Shown in pieces: positions 26,603 through 36,282 of a stretch of DNA of 64,000 nt. The translations under genes were made by a program, and so were the position numbers. The notes below the pieces were generated by a model. The model made no database searches, was not told the origin of the DNA, and saw nothing but the letters and a program-made list of their open reading frames with translations. How positions within the stretch are numbered: the first letter of the stretch is position 1; each line of letters opens with the position of its first letter. Origin of the DNA: an uncultured Phycisphaerales bacterium (GTDB taxonomy: Bacteria; Planctomycetota; Phycisphaerae; Sedimentisphaerales; Anaerobacaceae); contig OY970359.1 of NCBI GenBank assembly GCA_963718665.1, forward strand, positions 2,240,001-2,304,000, written 5' to 3'.

Positions 26603-27751
26603 TCAAAGGCGATTGACAGAAGCGGCGAGATAGTAGCGTTTTATGAAATTTTGTTCGGTTTTGGTGAGCGGGACGAGGCCGCCGAAATGCAAGGCCCAGA
26701 GGCGGACGAGTGTTGTGCCTGTGGCGAAATCCTTAACGATGGGAGCGTTTTTTTTGTCGGCGGCGATGAAAAGGCCGATGCCTTTGACGAGAAACGCGGA
26801 GACAGGTTTGCTGCCGTCTCGCACAATCTTTCTCATACCTGACGCCATTTTTTCCGGAGAAGGTGTTTCGACCCACATCGGGGTGCCATTGACATAGACC
26901 ATTTCTGCGGGTTCGAGGGGGCCCATGGCGAGGAGTTTTGCGGCATCGGGGCGAGTTAAAAAACAGGCTATTGTTTTATTGTAAATGAAGGTGATGGGGA
27001 GGCATTGGCCGGTTGTATTGAAGACGGCTTTTTGAATAGCGGATTTGACTGCGAGAATTTTTTTCGTGGCGGGTGGTTTGAGGCGTAAAGGTTTTAATTT
27101 GGGGAGATTATTTTTGCAGCGATTGAGGACTTTGTGCAAGAGGCGCATCGCGTCGGGGGCGTTTTTGGCAGCGACGAACAGGCCGTGTTTGGCGAGGAAA
27201 ATAATCGCGGGTTTTCTGCTGTAACGCTTTTCGTAGGCGGTTACGAGGTGTGATGTTTTTATCGCGAGCGGGAAACCGGGCGGAGCGTAGGGAATCCAGA
27301 GCGGGGGGTATTTTTCGGATTTGAAGAGTTTTGTGATTTCGGCACGGCCGTTTTTGGAATTGACATACGCGCCTACGACCAAGGGGTGCAGGTGGATGAC
27401 GCATTTATCGAGAAGGGCGTGCAAGTTGGCTTCAACAGAGGGGCGGGCTGTGCTTGCTATGCCGTCGCAGCAGTATGTTAGGAGTCGGGCGGTAATTTGG
27501 GGTTCTCGTTTGGCGGTGGGGAGTTTGGCGAGGCACTCATCATTGATGACGCCGTGAACTTTGTCGAGGCGGAGTTTTCGCCAGCCGCGATGGGCCTTCA
27601 TATCTTTGAGGGCGGTGCCGCTTGCCTTGATGAACATATATTTGCCGTCGCTGGTTTTGACGGAGGTGTTGCCGCCGGCGGCTTGGGTAAGAGCAGGGTC
27701 TTTGCCCGTTTCGTTGGATATTCTTATCAGATCCGAAAGGGCGTTATCCAT
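26603..27751 (-). CDS. Class II aldolase/adducin family protein (RhaD-like)
   Basis: GGNTSVK, IKASG, RPSVE..LH, IHLHP, KHGLFV; start MDNAL overlaps the upstream stop. Confidence 0.85.
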   Translation of the reverse strand: MDNALSDLIRISNETGKDPALTQAAGGNTSVKTSDGKYMFIKASGTALKDMKAHRGWRKLRLDKVHGVINDECLAKLPTAKREPQITARLLTYCCDGIASTARPSVEANLHALLDKCVIHLHPLVVGAYVNSKNGRAEITKLFKSEKYPPLWIPYAPPGFPLAIKTSHLVTAYEKRYSRKPAIIFLAKHGLFVAAKNAPDAMRLLHKVLNRCKNNLPKLKPLRLKPPATKKILAVKSAIQKAVFNTTGQCLPITFIYNKTIACFLTRPDAAKLLAMGPLEPAEMVYVNGTPMWVETPSPEKMASGMRKIVRDGSKPVSAFLVKGIGLFIAADKKNAPIVKDFATGTTLVRLWALHFGGLVPLTKTEQNFIKRYYLAASVNRL

Positions 27752-29426
27752 TTGACACAAGGGAAGCGTATCGTTCGAGGAGTTTTTGTTCGGCTTGGGC
27801 GGTCCAGATTCCGTTGCTGAGGCAGGCGGCGACGTCGGGTAATTTTTCGGTCATTTTGGCAATCATGGTGAGGGGCAATCCTTTGCAGGCGGGGTAGGCG
27901 ATAATTTTTCCGGCGATGGAGTGGTTTTCGATGGCACGAATTCCATCGCAGACGCCGTTGAGGCCGCAGACGGCAGCGACGGAGATATTGGTATCGAGGA
28001 CACCTGATTCGAGTTTTGCCAGCTCGCGTTTCATATCTTCGAGAACTGAGCCGCTTGTGCCGACGAAATACATTTGTTTTTCGATGTAGGCATCGAGGTT
28101 TATTTTGGCGGTCATTGTGTCAGGGATTCCGGCGAAGATATTGATGATGGCGCGTTTACCTGCGCTGAGGACTGCCGCGGCGGCAAGCTCGGGGGCGGGC
28201 GCCATAATGACGGCGTAGTCGGTGCCTTCGGGCATTTTGTCTTTGACGGGGCTGTATTGTTTATAGGGGACGTTTTTGGCGGCTGCCATTGGTTCGGCGA
28301 TTTTCAAAAGGGTAGCGAGACGGCCATCATCGGAGTCGCCTGCGAATATGCTGACGCCTTCGATGCCGCGGTAGATATTGCGAATGACGTGCATTGTGCC
28401 CATAGGGCCTGCTGCGCCGACGATATTGATTTTGTCGCCTTTTCGGACTTCGCTTGATTGGGGGATGTGTTTCATCGAGTTGGCGGGTTCGTAGTTGATG
28501 GTTCCTGTTATGCGGATTCCCGCATAATGAATGCGGCCTATCGGGACGGCGACGTCTCGTCCGAAACGTTCGCCGCAGAGGACAATATTGAAAAGTCCCT
28601 GCGGGCCGACTTTTGAGAAGAGGGCCTCGACCCTGTCGGGGTTGGCGCCGAGATAAATCACATCGTCGAAACTGGAGTTGGTCAGGCGGGCAATTTCGGG
28701 GCAAAGCTCCATATTAACGCCGGGGACTTCGGGAGGCCTGTATTGTGAGGCCCAGATTACTTTTGCGGGCTGCCCCCATTGTTTGAATAGTTCCGTAAGG
28801 TCATTGGGGGTTACAATTACGTCAGCGACAATGAGCATTGTGTTATCCGGCTCGATGCGCTGGGTTTCGTCGGAGGCATAAGCGTTTTCAACGCAGCCCC
28901 AGGGTTCGATGAGGGCGATTGCTGAGGCGCTGAGCTTTTCAGGCGCGGGAATGAGCATCGAGTTACCCTGCGGGGAGGTGATGACTCTTTCGTCCATAAG
29001 GACGTATTCTTGGAGCGCGCCTTCGAAATTGTAGCCAAAGGCGCTGTTGGATTGGGCGGTGGGGAGCCAGCGATAATCGGTCTCGACGAGGAAACGCTCG
29101 CCCGGTTGGAATTTAGTTACGCCTTTGCCGACCTCTTCGATTCGGACGACGGTTTCGTGGCCCGGAACGGTGGGTTTGTCGGCGGGGACGTAACTGCTGA
29201 TTTCCTGAAGTATGGCGGGGGTGATACCGGATGTTACTTCCGCTTTTCGAGGATGTGCGGCGAATTGCTTGATGAGTTTGAGGTCGCTGAAGCAGAGGCC
29301 GACCGCTTCGACTCTACAGAGGACCTGATGAGGCCCCGGTGTGGTGAGGGGTTTCGATTTGTTGAGGACCAGCTCGTTGGCCGCGACTAACTGCACGGCG
29401 TGTTGCGTCTTTGGCAAGTCCGACAT
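27744..29426 (-). CDS. Enlarged zinc-binding alcohol dehydrogenase (MDR; sorbose-1-phosphate reductase-like)
   Basis: GLCFSD, PGHE, GAAGPMG, GTSGS; 560 aa with an extra central Rossmann-like segment. Confidence 0.8.
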   Translation of the reverse strand: MSDLPKTQHAVQLVAANELVLNKSKPLTTPGPHQVLCRVEAVGLCFSDLKLIKQFAAHPRKAEVTSGITPAILQEISSYVPADKPTVPGHETVVRIEEVGKGVTKFQPGERFLVETDYRWLPTAQSNSAFGYNFEGALQEYVLMDERVITSPQGNSMLIPAPEKLSASAIALIEPWGCVENAYASDETQRIEPDNTMLIVADVIVTPNDLTELFKQWGQPAKVIWASQYRPPEVPGVNMELCPEIARLTNSSFDDVIYLGANPDRVEALFSKVGPQGLFNIVLCGERFGRDVAVPIGRIHYAGIRITGTINYEPANSMKHIPQSSEVRKGDKINIVGAAGPMGTMHVIRNIYRGIEGVSIFAGDSDDGRLATLLKIAEPMAAAKNVPYKQYSPVKDKMPEGTDYAVIMAPAPELAAAAVLSAGKRAIINIFAGIPDTMTAKINLDAYIEKQMYFVGTSGSVLEDMKRELAKLESGVLDTNISVAAVCGLNGVCDGIRAIENHSIAGKIIAYPACKGLPLTMIAKMTEKLPDVAACLSNGIWTAQAEQKLLERYASLVSNG

Positions 29427-29512
29427 ATTTTTAGTTAAGGCCTTTCAAAAATATCAACCGAATCAACTCAGCAATCGTTAGTTTATATATATTGGTCGAG
29501 TGATGCAATGTC

Positions 29513-30976
29513 TTATCGCTTTTTTATAATATTTTTTTGCGGCGGTGTGTTTTGCGGGCGGTATTGCTTCAGCGTAAACGAGCGGCGGACAAGATGTCTT
29601 GCCTGCGAGATACCGCCTAACTGCCCGGTTGCGCGGGCCTGCATCAGGATGTTGCCTATTGCGGTTGCCTCGACAGGGCCTGCTGTAACAATTTTTCCTG
29701 TGGCGTCAGCGGTGAGCTGGTTGAGCAGGTCATTTTGCGAACCGCCGCCTAAGACGTGCAGGCGGTCGAGCCGATTGCCGGTTACATCTTCGAGCTGATT
29801 TATTGTTTCGGCGTACTTTCGTGCGAGATTTTCGAGAATCGTCCGCACCATTAGACCTTTATCGTCGATGGTTTTTTGTCCAGTTTTTGCGAGGTAATCG
29901 TTTAGCCGATGTGGCATATCGCCGGGTGAGAGAAAACAACTGTTATCGACATCGATGGAAGCGGAAGCGGATTTTGCTTTTGCCGCCAGTTCGGTCAGCT
30001 GGTTGTATGAGAGGTCGATACCCTGTTTTTGCCAGTGTTTTTTACATTCCTGCAGGAGCCAAAGCCCCATTATATTTTTGAGCAGCCGGATTTTGCCATC
30101 GACGCCACCCTCGTTGGTAAAGGGATACGCGAAGGTTTTGTCGTTTATGACGGCAGCTGGGGATTCGACGCCCATCAGGGACCAGGTTCCGCTGGAGAGG
30201 TATGCCCATCTTGTTTTGTCGTCGGCGGGCACGGCGGCGACTGCGCTTGCGGTGTCGTGTGAAGCGACTGCTATAACGGGAATCCGCGGGCAGCCGATTT
30301 CCTTGGCGACTTTTTCCGTCAATGTTCCGATTATCGTCCCCGGCCGTACGACTTCGGGCATAATATCGAGAGGCAGATTCAATTTATGAAAAATTGTTTG
30401 CGACCAAATGCCTGAGCGCATATCCATAAGCTGGCTTGTGCTCGCGAGGGTGTATTCAGCAAAGGCGCTACCAGAAAGAAAGTACGAGACGAGGTCGGCT
30501 ATGAAAATCAGTCGTTTTGCTTTTGCCAGAACCGGCGAACCGGATAATCGCATCGCAAGAAGCTGGTAAACGGTGTTCAACTGCATAAACTGGATGCCGG
30601 TGTGCTCGTAAATTTCTCTTTGAGGCATCAGTCGAAACGCGGCATCAAGCATCCCGTTTGTTCTGCGGTCGCGGTAGTGATAGGGGTTTTCAATGAGGTT
30701 GCCACTGTCGTTGAGAAGGCCGAAGTCAACGCCCCAGCTATCGACACCGATGCTGGCGATACGGGGCGATTCTTTGACAGCTTTACTGATACCGGTTTTG
30801 ACTTCCGATATAAGCCGGGGGAAATCCCAGCGTAAGGACCCATTCTGTTCGACCGGCCCGTTGATGAATCGATGAATTTCCTCGAGACGAATTTTGTCTG
30901 ATGAGATAATTCCCAGCATCACTCGCCCGCTCTCGGCGCCGAGGTCAACCGCTATATATCGCTTTTCGTCTGCCAT
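29513..30976 (-). CDS. rhaB: Rhamnulokinase-like FGGY kinase
   Basis: AVDLGAESGR, GVDSWGVDFGLL, HDTASAV, SSGTWSLMG, FTNEGG, GPVEATAIGN. Confidence 0.88.
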   Translation of the reverse strand: MADEKRYIAVDLGAESGRVMLGIISSDKIRLEEIHRFINGPVEQNGSLRWDFPRLISEVKTGISKAVKESPRIASIGVDSWGVDFGLLNDSGNLIENPYHYRDRRTNGMLDAAFRLMPQREIYEHTGIQFMQLNTVYQLLAMRLSGSPVLAKAKRLIFIADLVSYFLSGSAFAEYTLASTSQLMDMRSGIWSQTIFHKLNLPLDIMPEVVRPGTIIGTLTEKVAKEIGCPRIPVIAVASHDTASAVAAVPADDKTRWAYLSSGTWSLMGVESPAAVINDKTFAYPFTNEGGVDGKIRLLKNIMGLWLLQECKKHWQKQGIDLSYNQLTELAAKAKSASASIDVDNSCFLSPGDMPHRLNDYLAKTGQKTIDDKGLMVRTILENLARKYAETINQLEDVTGNRLDRLHVLGGGSQNDLLNQLTADATGKIVTAGPVEATAIGNILMQARATGQLGGISQARHLVRRSFTLKQYRPQNTPPQKNIIKKR

Positions 30977-30989
30977 AGTTTATGTATTT

Positions 30990-32306
30990 TTAATCTTCAG
31001 GCGGGGCGGTGAGGTTGGATGCCGCTTGAATTCCCGAAGACATTTCCGGGATAATACCGAGTTTGACGTAGATTGGGCGGATATTTTTTCTCATGTCAGG
31101 TATTTTCAGAGCGAATACGGCAGCTCCGAGGACACACGATGAACCGCCGATGGCGAGGGTATAAGGGACGCCGATTTTTTCAGCGAGAATTCCTGCCAAC
31201 AAGCTGCCGAATGGCGTGGCTCCGATAAATGCCATAACATAGAAGCTCATAATGCGGCCTCGTTTGTCGTCATCGACGATAGTTTGTATGATTGTGTTGG
31301 TTGCGGCCATCTGTGTCATCATTCCAAGCCCGATTACGAACATGAGGGGCAGTGCGAGCCAGAGGGTGGTGGAAAATGAGATTAAAATGAGGCCGAACCC
31401 AAAGGCGGCGATGGCCAGAGGGATAAATTTAAGAAGTCCGCGGACAGTTTTTTTGGAGGCGAGGTAAGCCGCGCCGGTCATAGCGCCTATTCCGGCGAAG
31501 CTCATAAGCAGGCCGAAAGTGCCGGGGCCGCCGTGCAGCATTTTGTCCGCGAATACAGGCATAAGCACGTTGTAGGACATTCCCACCAAGCTCACAAGCG
31601 CGAGCAACAGGATGAGATATTTCAGGGGCGTGAAGCCGGAGACGTGGGCGAAGCCCTCTTTGAATTCGAGCAGAACGTGTTTTCTGGCCGGGTGTGTTTT
31701 TGCGGGAGTTATTTTCATCATTAGCAGGGAGGCGATGACGAAGATGAAGCTGACGGCATTAATGGCGAAACATACACCCTCGCTGGAGGCGGCGATGATT
31801 AGACCAGCGATGGCCGGGCCTATGAGGCGTGCGCTATTGAACATCATAGAATTCAGGGCGATGGCATTGCTGAGGTCTTTTTTGTTTTCCACCAGAGAAA
31901 TGACGAAGGATTGGCGCGTGGGCATATCGAAGGCGTTGATAAGGCCGAGAAAGACGGCGAGAAGAATAATATTCGGGATACCGAGGTGTCCTGTGAAGAA
32001 CAGGATTGCCAAGAGCAGGGCCTGGAGCATAGAAAGGGCCTGTGTGGCGAGGATGATGCGGTAGCGATTCCAGCGGTCGGCCATAACGCCTGCAACGGGC
32101 GCGAGAAGGAAGGCGGGAATTTGGGTTGCGAAACCGACCACGCCGAGGAGAACCTTCGAGCCTGTGAGGCGATATACCAGCCAGGGCAGGGCTATTTGCT
32201 GAGTCCAGGTGCCGACGAGAGAGAGAATCTGACCCATGAAGAAAAGGCGATAGTTCCTGTATCGCAGGGAACGAAAGATAATCTGATGTTTTTTCAACTC
32301 ATCCAC
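30990..32306 (-). CDS. MFS transporter
   Basis: About 12 TM helices, GVMADRWNR motif A, DMPTRQSF. Confidence 0.9.
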   Translation of the reverse strand: MDELKKHQIIFRSLRYRNYRLFFMGQILSLVGTWTQQIALPWLVYRLTGSKVLLGVVGFATQIPAFLLAPVAGVMADRWNRYRIILATQALSMLQALLLAILFFTGHLGIPNIILLAVFLGLINAFDMPTRQSFVISLVENKKDLSNAIALNSMMFNSARLIGPAIAGLIIAASSEGVCFAINAVSFIFVIASLLMMKITPAKTHPARKHVLLEFKEGFAHVSGFTPLKYLILLLALVSLVGMSYNVLMPVFADKMLHGGPGTFGLLMSFAGIGAMTGAAYLASKKTVRGLLKFIPLAIAAFGFGLILISFSTTLWLALPLMFVIGLGMMTQMAATNTIIQTIVDDDKRGRIMSFYVMAFIGATPFGSLLAGILAEKIGVPYTLAIGGSSCVLGAAVFALKIPDMRKNIRPIYVKLGIIPEMSSGIQAASNLTAPPED

Positions 32307-32430
32307 TTTATGCTCACCGGCACCGGCAATATCTATGCCGGCTGTTTTTATTTATAATCATCGGTCATAACCAATAAATAGTCAATACGCAGTTGCTCTT
32401 AGTCGGTGCGGGTTTATAATCTTTGTCACG

Positions 32431-33393
32431 ATGAGAGTTTTGATTTATGGAGCCGGTGCGGTAGGTTTGGGTTTGGCGAGCTGTCTGCTGAAATCAGGCA
32501 GCGAGGTTTACCTTATTGCCCGGCCGGATACTATTTGCGAGCTAAAACAGGGGGGCTTGAGCAGAACGGGCATATTCGGTTCTTTTAAAGCTGAGCGGGA
32601 TTCCTTTACAGCGTATCAATCTTTGAATGAAATCAGGAATACGGTGTTTGATTTTATTCTTGTTTGCGTCAAGTCGTTTGATTCGGCCTTATCGGCGGAA
32701 GATATTTCGAGGCATCCGGGTATTTTCAACGAGAATACAAAAATTGTTCTTTGTCAAAACGGCTGGGGCAACGCGGAGAAGTTTTTGGTGTATTTCCCGA
32801 AAGAGCGCATTTACAGCGCACGGGTGATTACAGGATTTACACGGCGAAAACCCAACGAGGTTGAGATAACGGTTCACGCGGACGCGATTCATATCGGCTC
32901 GCTTTTCGGCTGTGGACTTGAGTGCGTCGAGCCGATTGCCAGGGCAATAGCTGAAGGGGGGATTCCCACTGTAACCGTTGGTGATATTGAAAAGGACCTG
33001 TGGGCCAAGATGCTTTATAACTGCGCTCTTAATCCTCTTGGTGCAATTCTCGATGTTCCTTATGGTGTGCTGGCTGAAGATACTTACAGCAAGGACTTGA
33101 TGAATCGAATTGCCGGGGAGGTTTTCGCTGTTATGGGGGCGGCTGGTTTTAAGACGCACTGGGTGACATCGGACGATTTTCTGAAGGTTTTTTATGACAA
33201 GCTCGTTCCAGACACTGCCAAACACAAGTCATCGACTTTGCAGGATATCGCGGCAGGGAAAAAGACCGAAATCGAGGAATTGACCGGAGCAGTATTGATG
33301 CTGGCGGACAAGCACGGGGTTGATGTTCCTCATAATCGTGCGGTTTATGCGATAATAAAGTTTGTCGAGGCGAGGCGAAGCAGGCAATTTTGA
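32431..33393 (+). CDS. panE: 2-dehydropantoate 2-reductase
   Basis: GAGAVG, CVKS, QNGWG, WAKMLYNCALNPL, SSTLQD..GKKTEIE. Confidence 0.88.
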   Translation: MRVLIYGAGAVGLGLASCLLKSGSEVYLIARPDTICELKQGGLSRTGIFGSFKAERDSFTAYQSLNEIRNTVFDFILVCVKSFDSALSAEDISRHPGIFNENTKIVLCQNGWGNAEKFLVYFPKERIYSARVITGFTRRKPNEVEITVHADAIHIGSLFGCGLECVEPIARAIAEGGIPTVTVGDIEKDLWAKMLYNCALNPLGAILDVPYGVLAEDTYSKDLMNRIAGEVFAVMGAAGFKTHWVTSDDFLKVFYDKLVPDTAKHKSSTLQDIAAGKKTEIEELTGAVLMLADKHGVDVPHNRAVYAIIKFVEARRSRQF

Positions 33394-33521
33394 CAAATTA
33401 TCAACACCTTGCCTATTTTAAAGCGGGCAATAAAACGCTTATCGTGTAAAAAGACACTTGACAAAAGCGGGCTTTTTCAAGAAAATATAGCATAGTTGCC
33501 GATTGAATAAGGGGTGGGTTT

Positions 33522-34046
33522 ATGAGGCCGATGAAACTGACTAAACGAGTGCCGAGTGGCAGAGAAAAAGACCAGGCAGCCATAATCAAGCTTGAGCAGC
33601 TTCGTGAGAAGGTGTATTGCGATAATCCTTCTGTTGCGCGTCATGCGTCGTTTAACCTGTCGTGGATGCAGGAGGACGGATACGATATTCTCAAGGAAGC
33701 ATTATTCAGCACGGCTTGCAGGGCGACGAAAGGAGCGGCGGCATACGGTCTTCGCAAGATGCGGGGCAGGATGAAGAAGAACGGGATAGCCCTCCTTATA
33801 GAGGGGCTTAAACATTCCAATGAGGGGACACGTCAGGTTTGTGCGCGGGCATTGTTGCTGGAAAAAGAATCGAAGGAACAGGCGGCTCAGCAACGGCAAC
33901 AACCGCAGCAGCCGGATTCACAGCCGAAATTCAAGCCGAAATTTAAGCCGCAGTTCAAGATTTCTGAAATATCTCACAAATCGATGCGGGAAAGGCCCAG
34001 AAGCGGCAGAGAAAATCCGCCTCACGCTTCGAGATTTAACCGGTAA
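33522..34046 (+). CDS. Hypothetical HEAT-like helical protein with Q-rich/basic disordered tail
   Basis: Two HEAT-like units then QQRQQPQQP and KFKP repeats; upstream TTGACA-N17-GAAAAT. Confidence 0.65.
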   Translation: MRPMKLTKRVPSGREKDQAAIIKLEQLREKVYCDNPSVARHASFNLSWMQEDGYDILKEALFSTACRATKGAAAYGLRKMRGRMKKNGIALLIEGLKHSNEGTRQVCARALLLEKESKEQAAQQRQQPQQPDSQPKFKPKFKPQFKISEISHKSMRERPRSGRENPPHASRFNR

Positions 34047-34199
34047 AACTGACCCCCACCTCAGGCCCACCACACCGACGGCGGGTAAACGTGGTAGCTA
34101 ATCCTATAACTGGTTGAAATGGCACGTCCTATTTCGTAATATGTTTCCCGATTGACTATTTTATCACTATTCGTCGATTCTTAAATGCGGGAGACGATT

Positions 34200-35741
34200 A
34201 TGACATATTTAGCAGTTCCGATAGCAGCCAAGACATTGCAGGAAGCCGAGGAGCAGATACAGGCCGCGGTTGTTGCAGGGGCGGAACTTCTCGAATTACG
34301 CACGGATTATCTCGTGCAATTATCCGTTGAGCTTGCCCTTGGGGTTATCAAGGCGGCCAGGCAGCTTGCCCCGGGACTGCCGATTATTGTTACCTGCCGG
34401 GATTATCAGCAGGGGGGGATGCTTCGTCATCCGAATGATTTGCGAACGAACGTTCTTACCGCGGCGGTTCGGGCGGGGGCGGATTTCATCGACGTCGAAT
34501 ATGAGAATTTTATATCGGTGGCAATCGGCAGCAAAATATCGCTTGCGCTTTCGGCGGGGAGAGGGACGCGGTTGATTCTGTCGGACCATAACTTCCAGAC
34601 GAAATTCAAGAATATCACCAAGCATTACTGGGAGATTGCCAACGTATTTGCCAGCGCGATACCCAAGCTGGTTTATTCGGCGCATCATATCAACGATTGT
34701 TTCGATATTCTGGATTTGCAGCATAGCGTCAAGGGCGAGATGATTGCGTTTTGTATGGATGAGCCGGGGTTTGTGACGAGGATTTTAACCAAAAAGTTCA
34801 ACGGCCTTGTTACATTTGCCAGTATCGGCGAAAAGACAGCGACGGCGCCGGGTCAGCCGACAGTTGAGCAGATGCGAGACCTTTATCGATGGGATTCGAT
34901 AGACGCGCAAACGGAGTTTTACGGCGTGATTGGTGACCCGATTGCGCATTCGTTAAGCCCCGCGGTTCATAACGCGTGCTTTGTCGAGCGGGGTTTGAAC
35001 AAGGTTTATGTGCCTTTGCTGATTGCTGGCGGGCAGGCGGAATTCAACGCGTTTATGGATAATATTTTCGCTCGGCCGTGGCTTGGTTTCAAAGGTTTTA
35101 GTGTTACAATTCCGCATAAAGAATACGCGATAAATTACGTCAAAGAAAAGGGCGGCGTTATCGATCCGCTCGCAAAAAAGATTGGCGCGGCCAATACAAT
35201 CATTATCAACGGCTCACAGTTGTCTGCATACAATACCGATTGCGTTGCTGCGATTGACGCGATAATCGCGGGGCTTGGTATCGATAAGGCCGGCCTGCGG
35301 AAAATGCCGGTCGCAATGATTGGCGCGGGCGGAGCGGCACGCGCGGTTGTCGCGGGTCTGGCGGACGCGGAAGCGAAAATAAAAATATATAACCGCACAG
35401 TCGAGCGGGCAAAACACTTAGCCGCGGATTTCAAATGTGATTACGCGTCATTAGACAGCTTACATAAGCTGAAAGAAAAACTAATCGTCAACTGCACCAG
35501 TATCGGTATGCATCCGCACGTTGATGCGTCGCCGGTTGATGTGAACCTATTGCAAAAGCATATGGCGGTCTTCGATACCGTTTATAATCCGCCTGAGACG
35601 CTGCTGTTGAAGCACGCAAAACAAACCGGCTGCCATATAATCTCCGGCGTAGATATGTTTATTAAACAGGCATCCGCACAATTCAAGCTATTCACAGGTA
35701 TTGCGCCAAATACTGAGACAATGCGAAAAGCCCTTTCATAA
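34200..35741 (+). CDS. aroE: Bifunctional type I 3-dehydroquinate dehydratase / shikimate dehydrogenase (AroD-AroE fusion)
   Basis: ELRTD, IVTCR..GG, SDH, IPKLV, APGQ (AroD); HSLSP, SVTIPHK, AANT, NTD, GAGGAA (AroE). Confidence 0.9.
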   Translation: MTYLAVPIAAKTLQEAEEQIQAAVVAGAELLELRTDYLVQLSVELALGVIKAARQLAPGLPIIVTCRDYQQGGMLRHPNDLRTNVLTAAVRAGADFIDVEYENFISVAIGSKISLALSAGRGTRLILSDHNFQTKFKNITKHYWEIANVFASAIPKLVYSAHHINDCFDILDLQHSVKGEMIAFCMDEPGFVTRILTKKFNGLVTFASIGEKTATAPGQPTVEQMRDLYRWDSIDAQTEFYGVIGDPIAHSLSPAVHNACFVERGLNKVYVPLLIAGGQAEFNAFMDNIFARPWLGFKGFSVTIPHKEYAINYVKEKGGVIDPLAKKIGAANTIIINGSQLSAYNTDCVAAIDAIIAGLGIDKAGLRKMPVAMIGAGGAARAVVAGLADAEAKIKIYNRTVERAKHLAADFKCDYASLDSLHKLKEKLIVNCTSIGMHPHVDASPVDVNLLQKHMAVFDTVYNPPETLLLKHAKQTGCHIISGVDMFIKQASAQFKLFTGIAPNTETMRKALS

Positions 35742-35824
35742 AAGGCGCATGGCGGCGAAATAATTTTCTGTTCGTTGTATTGGCGGGTGGTTGTGGTATA
35801 ATGATGATGAAGGCGGTGAAAAAT

Positions 35825-36136
35825 ATGAACAGTCACGTAGAGATACATAGAGAAAGAATAGAAGCGTTTTGTCAGCAGCACAATGTTTGCGAACTTGGGC
35901 TTTTCGGTACGGTTCTTCACGATGATTTTCGCGCCAACAGCGGAATCGGGGTGCTGGTCGGTTTTAAGCAGGAACATATGCCCGAATCAGTCAAACTGGG
36001 CGAAATGCAGGATGAACTGGCGAAGATATTCGGTCAGAATGTTGACCTTGTGGAGCGTCAGGCCGTGGAGAAAAGCGAGAATTATATCCGCCGACGGCAT
36101 ATCCTCAAAGCCATTGAGCCGATTTACGCAGGTTAA
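35825..36136 (+). CDS. Orphan MNT-family nucleotidyltransferase-like protein with degenerate active site
   Basis: LFGTVLHDDFRANSGIGVLV..., ELAKIFGQNVDLV, NYIRRRHIL; DxD is replaced by GxG. Confidence 0.7.
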   Translation: MNSHVEIHRERIEAFCQQHNVCELGLFGTVLHDDFRANSGIGVLVGFKQEHMPESVKLGEMQDELAKIFGQNVDLVERQAVEKSENYIRRRHILKAIEPIYAG

Positions 36137-36282
36137 AGCGAGCAAAGCCGGCCCATCCTTAAAATCAATGCCGATAGGGCGTTTTCATATCAGCATAAAA
36201 CTTTGCTAAAAGTTACTGTCATTGTCTTTCAATAACCAAATGTGTATAATCCCCGTTTTGATAACATTAATTGAGGACGAAA

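Noticed and set aside
34047..34135. GC-rich intergenic stretch that might be a riboswitch or small RNA upstream of aroDE
   Set aside because: No recognisable conserved motif or convincing stem set.
34200..35741. AroD-AroE fusion as a novelty
   Set aside because: Bifunctional DHQase-SDH is already known from plants, chlamydiae and planctomycetes.
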